DNA of 64,000 nucleotides from Polymyxa betae A26-41 (Eukaryota; Protista; Endomyxa: Phytomyxea): NCBI GenBank assembly GCA_003693705.1, contig RBZT01000313.1, positions 70,000 to 133,999 of the forward strand, read 5' to 3'. Shown piece by piece: positions 61,201 to 64,000 of this stretch (position 1 is its first letter; each line of letters starts with the position of its first letter). The notes under the pieces were generated by a model. It saw only the letters and a program-made list of their open reading frames with translations, ran no database searches and was not told where the DNA came from. The position numbers and the translations under genes were made by a program.

Positions 61201-61283
61201 AGCGGGTCATGGCGTGGAACATAATCAAGGTGGAATAATGAGCAAAATAGGTCTGTGTTCCAGATAGGACGCGGTCGGTTCAT
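52246..61283 (-). CDS. Giant (~2,995 aa) protein resembling the DUF3638/DUF3645 family, with degenerate P-loop motifs and a coiled-coil/basic C-terminus
   Basis: ORF 60756-61307 joins the 2821-aa ORF through a 50-nt GT-AG intron (60788-60837). DUF3645-like SFGRDY...IAVP...FADAEITIGLTVIA is present. The start codon is uncertain. Confidence 0.75.
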
Positions 61284-61416
61284 ATGAGTTGCTGTATCAT
61301 ATGGCAACAGGATAAAGCAGGATGCAACGAGTTCTGTACTCGAAGATATTTATTAAATAGGGCTAAGTTAATCAAAAAGGGCCTTACGGTTTCGTGTATT
61401 ACCGATGCCATAGCCA

Positions 61417-62849
61417 TCATTCGCCGCTCTGGGATTGTCCCTTAGCTGAGGGCTTCTTAAAAAGTGCATCATCAATCAGTCTCCAAAGGACGCTGAACAT
61501 CAATCCCTGCGATGAATTAATTTCATGAAAAAAGGAAGACATTGAGAAGCCAACCTGAAGCCCGTTTGCAAGAATTCGAGTTTTTAGTCCTCGTCCAAGT
61601 AATCCTGCGAAATGGATGAGCAAATGGATCTACTATTTCAAAATACAACCTTGAATGCCATCCTTCTTAACAACCTTATTGACAGCTTCCATATAAGTAA
61701 TCGGAGTTTCGTATGTCTGTTTTGTTGTCTTGAGAACACGAGCTGAGTTCGATATCGTATCTGAAACAATGGATGCAGAGAATCCCATAATTGCCTAGAG
61801 GGTTTCAATTGATGCATGGTAATAGGATGATTGCAGAGTCCGTACTGATCTTAACACTTTCTCTTTAGTGTCTTTGGGCATCGGAAGCTTCTCGTCCAAG
61901 TAATTATACCTGGCTGAATTCAAAAATCTGGAAACGACACTTGCGAAAAAGCTTACGTAGTGAACCAAGGAAGGTGACCTATCTGAGCAGATTAGGATGA
62001 TGGCCGAAATTGACAAGCATTTTTCTTACAAGCGTCGCACCAGAAGCGGCCAATGCTCCATGAAAGAATACGCTGATCCTAAAAAAAGATCAACTCATGA
62101 ATGAGAAGGAAAGGACGTGGAGACCCTTTAGCACGGTATTTATTAACCAGAATGGGAATACCTCTTGTCCCGTCAACTTGCATCTGAAATCAAATATCAC
62201 AATCGATTGAAATGGATTTGGTTCTTGTACGAACCGAAGTTTTCAGAGTATCAACTAAAGAACAGTGTTAGATGATAGCTTCAAAGATAAACGCCAGCTT
62301 ACTCGGCATGAGAGCAATTCTCCAACCAGCAGCTGCTGAAGAAGCTAGAAAAGTCTTGACACCGACAGGCAAGGATTCGGTGGCTGAATTAGCGTTCAAG
62401 TACATGATGACACCGGCGTTCGCAGCAGTGTCACCAAAACGTGAAAGGGGACCTATTAACAGTATTGAGGGCCAAATCTTACACTCTTTTTTTGGATAAA
62501 CCTTGGGCCAAAGCTGGAATTAACCCCTTGTATAGACGATGAACTCCACCCTCCTTGTAGAGAGTCTTTAAGGCTTCAGATGTGGAAGTGCCATTTCGAT
62601 ATTGATAGTTCATAACGGTTCGTAGCCACATTAATGAGCACACCTGTTCCTAATTCAGCCAGCGACGTGAATGAGAAACTCGGTAGTGACCTGAACCGCC
62701 ATTGCAGCAGCACCGGCTGTTCCTCCGCCAAGAGCCCGTATTGCCGATTTCTGAATCAACGCCATTCCGGATAACTCCGTCTGAGGCTTCTGTGCAGCGT
62801 TTTGAGGCACATCTGTGCTGGTCTTTGGTTTATTCTCAGACGCAATCAT
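61417..62849 (-). CDS. Mitochondrial carrier family (SLC25) protein, multi-exon
   Basis: RALGGGTAGAAAMAVQ/VCSLMWLRTVMNYQYRNG...LYKEGGVHRLYKG, GPLSRFGDTAANAG, DTLKTS/MQV, GRGLKTRILANGLQ. Confidence 0.92.
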
Positions 62850-63758
62850 TTCAAAGATGAGATTTCTCTATACCGAGACCGAATGAGATGAGATTATCAC
62901 CAGAGAAATGGAGAGGGTTACCTGGCACCTTAAGCAACGGCATTCAGGCTGCGCACCGGGTATACTGTTGCTCTGCTCAGTGTGGAACACGGAGTGCAGC
63001 CTCTCTCCTATGTGCTTCAAGCTTGCATACAGTAGGTAGTTGCATTAGGAATGGGGTTTGAGTGAAAATCTACTTGATCCATTTAAGACCCTGGTTTTGG
63101 CACCGTCGCGACGTTTGTAGCTGCCTCAAGAGCAAGAATTGAAAAACTTGATGTCATTTCATGTCTTGGTCGCACTGAAGCGTGATGAAGATAAGCACAT
63201 GGCCAAGAGCGTTTAATTTCCGAACTTCTTTATTTTTTGCTATGTAAGCAGAGATGCCATCCATATTATATCAACTTTTTTCATCACGATTACATTCTAG
63301 GTTACGTTTCCCAATTTCAAAAGAAAAAGTAATAATTGGTTGTTAAAATTATCAACATCTTTCTAATTTGCACTATTACTGTCTACCGTAGCGAAAAATA
63401 TGCGTAAACAAAAGAGTGCGAAACAAAGTGCGTCATTGTATCAAATGAAATAATGGAGTATTGCCGATTTTTATAATGCGAATTGGAATTTTGCGGTGGC
63501 CACGATATTTCGCTTTTCTTTTTTGAATTTTCGACTTGGTATATTTTGGTCAAGGATTGCTGAATTGGGTGTCATAACCAACAGTCTGCCTTAGATACTT
63601 ATCAGGTGTTACACTGTGTAACTGTTAGCTTATTCAATAAAACCAGCATGGAGCGGATCCTCCAATCGCGATACGCTACTAAATTGACACACACGAATTA
63701 CAGCTCGTTATCAACTCTGATTTATTCCAGCTCGAATCCCAGGACCCAAATCCAGCTC

Positions 63759-63783
63759 GGTCCGTACGGATGCCGTACGGACC
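63759..63783. repeat. Perfect 11-bp inverted repeat (hairpin) in non-coding DNA
   Basis: ggtccgtacgg-atg-ccgtacggacc. Confidence 0.8.
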
Positions 63784-64000
63784 TCTCGGGGGTCGAGCCT
63801 ATTAATATTAAGGTACGTCGTCATACTTCCATCAGGTTCGCATCTTTGTTATGCATCAGATTTATGCGTCCGTCATCAGGAGCCATTGCGTGCGCAGTTC
63901 GTCAAACTGCGTACGCTGTTTTTTTGGAAATTCAGAATTTTATATTATTATTTTAATAAATCTGATACAAGAAGTAGCAAGTGATGCTGGAACATATCAT

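Noticed and set aside
63606-63956. 116-aa ORF
   Set aside because: GTG start, no motifs, and it overlaps the hairpin region; probably non-coding.
1-64000. Alternative genetic code or mass pseudogenisation to explain the fragmented ORFs
   Set aside because: The fragments checked join in frame through short canonical GT-AG introns under the standard code.

Overview
This is eukaryotic nuclear DNA from a very compact, intron-rich genome of moderate GC content. Most introns are about 45-60 nt GT-AG, several genes have micro-exons, and intergenic gaps are often under 100 nt. A flagellar IFT70 gene, the gene density and several secreted orphan proteins suggest a flagellated parasitic protist, possibly a plasmodiophorid (Phytomyxea); this taxonomy is inference only. 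About 28 protein-coding genes can be reconstructed by splicing ORF fragments: SerRS 3' end, ESF1, SDHC, IFT70, a CID/RPRD protein, GET3, an ABCA transporter, CEP85-like, SAE1, ISD11, INTS8-like, a CaMK-group kinase, ATAD5/ELG1, eIF3h, VAC14, RecQ, SEC3, TRF4, DTWD2, DNAJC25, an SLC25 carrier and several orphans. The most notable items are: (1) an intact, secreted cathepsin-L-like protein whose catalytic Cys is replaced by Asn, next to two secreted/orphan genes, a candidate decoy-effector island; (2) a ~3,000-aa protein encoded almost entirely by one 8.5-kb exon, resembling DUF3638/DUF3645 giant proteins but with degenerate NTPase motifs; (3) a ~2.3-kb putative non-autonomous DNA transposon bounded by CACCGC...GCGGTG with arrays of a CCATWATGG quasi-palindrome and nested relics; (4) a 10-nt micro-exon in the kinase. 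All family assignments come from motif recognition by eye, not database searches. Coordinates of multi-exon genes are gene spans.
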